A program made the translations under genes and the position numbers. This document shows positions 63,537-64,000 of a stretch of DNA of 64,000 nucleotides, piece after piece (position 1 is the first letter of the stretch; every line of letters begins with the position of its first letter). The stretch is taken from assembly GCA_026023565.1 (NCBI GenBank), contig JAPETS010000010.1, forward strand, positions 558,001-622,000. The letters run 5' to 3'. The notes under the pieces were generated by a model. The model saw nothing but the letters and a program-made list of their open reading frames with translations, was not told the DNA's origin and ran no database searches. This DNA is from Cirrosporium novae-zelandiae (lineage: Eukaryota).

Positions 63537-64000
63537 ATGAAGTTCTCCGTTCTTCTCGTTGCCTCTGGCCTTGTTGCATTCGCTTCTGCCGCTACAACCG
63601 CCGAAGCCAGCGCATCCATTACCTCTGGTGCCACTGGAACCTCCATTTCTCTCTCACCTACTGCATCTTGCGTTGCTGCCTGTGGGTTGTCCTCAATTGC
63701 AAGTTATAGTTACCATACTGATCTTCATTTGTTTAGGTGATGCTGGGGATGTAACCTGTGAAGCCAATTGCTTGGGTGCTGCAGCTCCCAACTCGGCCAT
63801 GGTGAATGCTACTACTGAGTGCGCTGCCGCATGTCCACAAGGCAATGGTACCGAGGCGGAAACCTCGGCGTATGCCGCATGCCAGCAAAGCTGCATCAGT
63901 TCTCTGTACTTCAGCACCAGTACTGCCGCTGCAACTGGCACCGGGAAGTCTGGATCTAGTTCCGCCACCACCACTGGTTCCTCTTCTGGTACGTTCTGTC
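63537..64000 (+). CDS. Secreted Cys-containing, Ser/Thr/Ala-rich cell-wall protein (probably GPI type), 3' truncated
   Basis: Signal peptide MKFSVLLVASGLVAFASA. Intron 63682-63736 gives CVAAC|DAGDVTCEANC...ECAAACPQGNG...ACQQSCI, 8 Cys in all, followed by an S/T/G tract. Confidence 0.82.

Noticed and set aside
1..64000. TPP riboswitch, rRNA, spliceosomal snRNA or intact mobile element
   Set aside because: No matching conserved motifs seen by eye. A covariance-model scan would be needed to exclude them formally.

Overview
Gene-dense 64 kb window of a filamentous ascomycete (Pezizomycotina-type) nuclear genome, with short GT-AG introns, CTAAC-like branch points and many microsatellite and homopolymer tracts. 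I rebuilt about 21 protein-coding genes by reading splice sites: a partial Cu-ATPase, PHD protein, Psk1-like AGC kinase, GPI-type SGNH esterase, HSP20, SREBP, SCAP, a TM-RING-H2 ligase not visible in the ORF track, OXNAD1-like, TMEM223-like, PDX1, ATP16, ALG12, YOS1, CreB, MPH1, a partial secreted wall protein and several hypotheticals. There is one tRNA-His(GTG). The standout is an SREBP gene and its escort SCAP arranged head-to-head across 5.7 kb, followed by the membrane RING-H2 E3 gene. SRE-like repeats sit at the SREBP start and a hydrophobic uORF sits just before SCAP, so this is a candidate clustered sterol/hypoxia-sensing locus. All exon models are manual readings without transcript support, and no database search was run. 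No intact transposon, rRNA or CRISPR array was seen.
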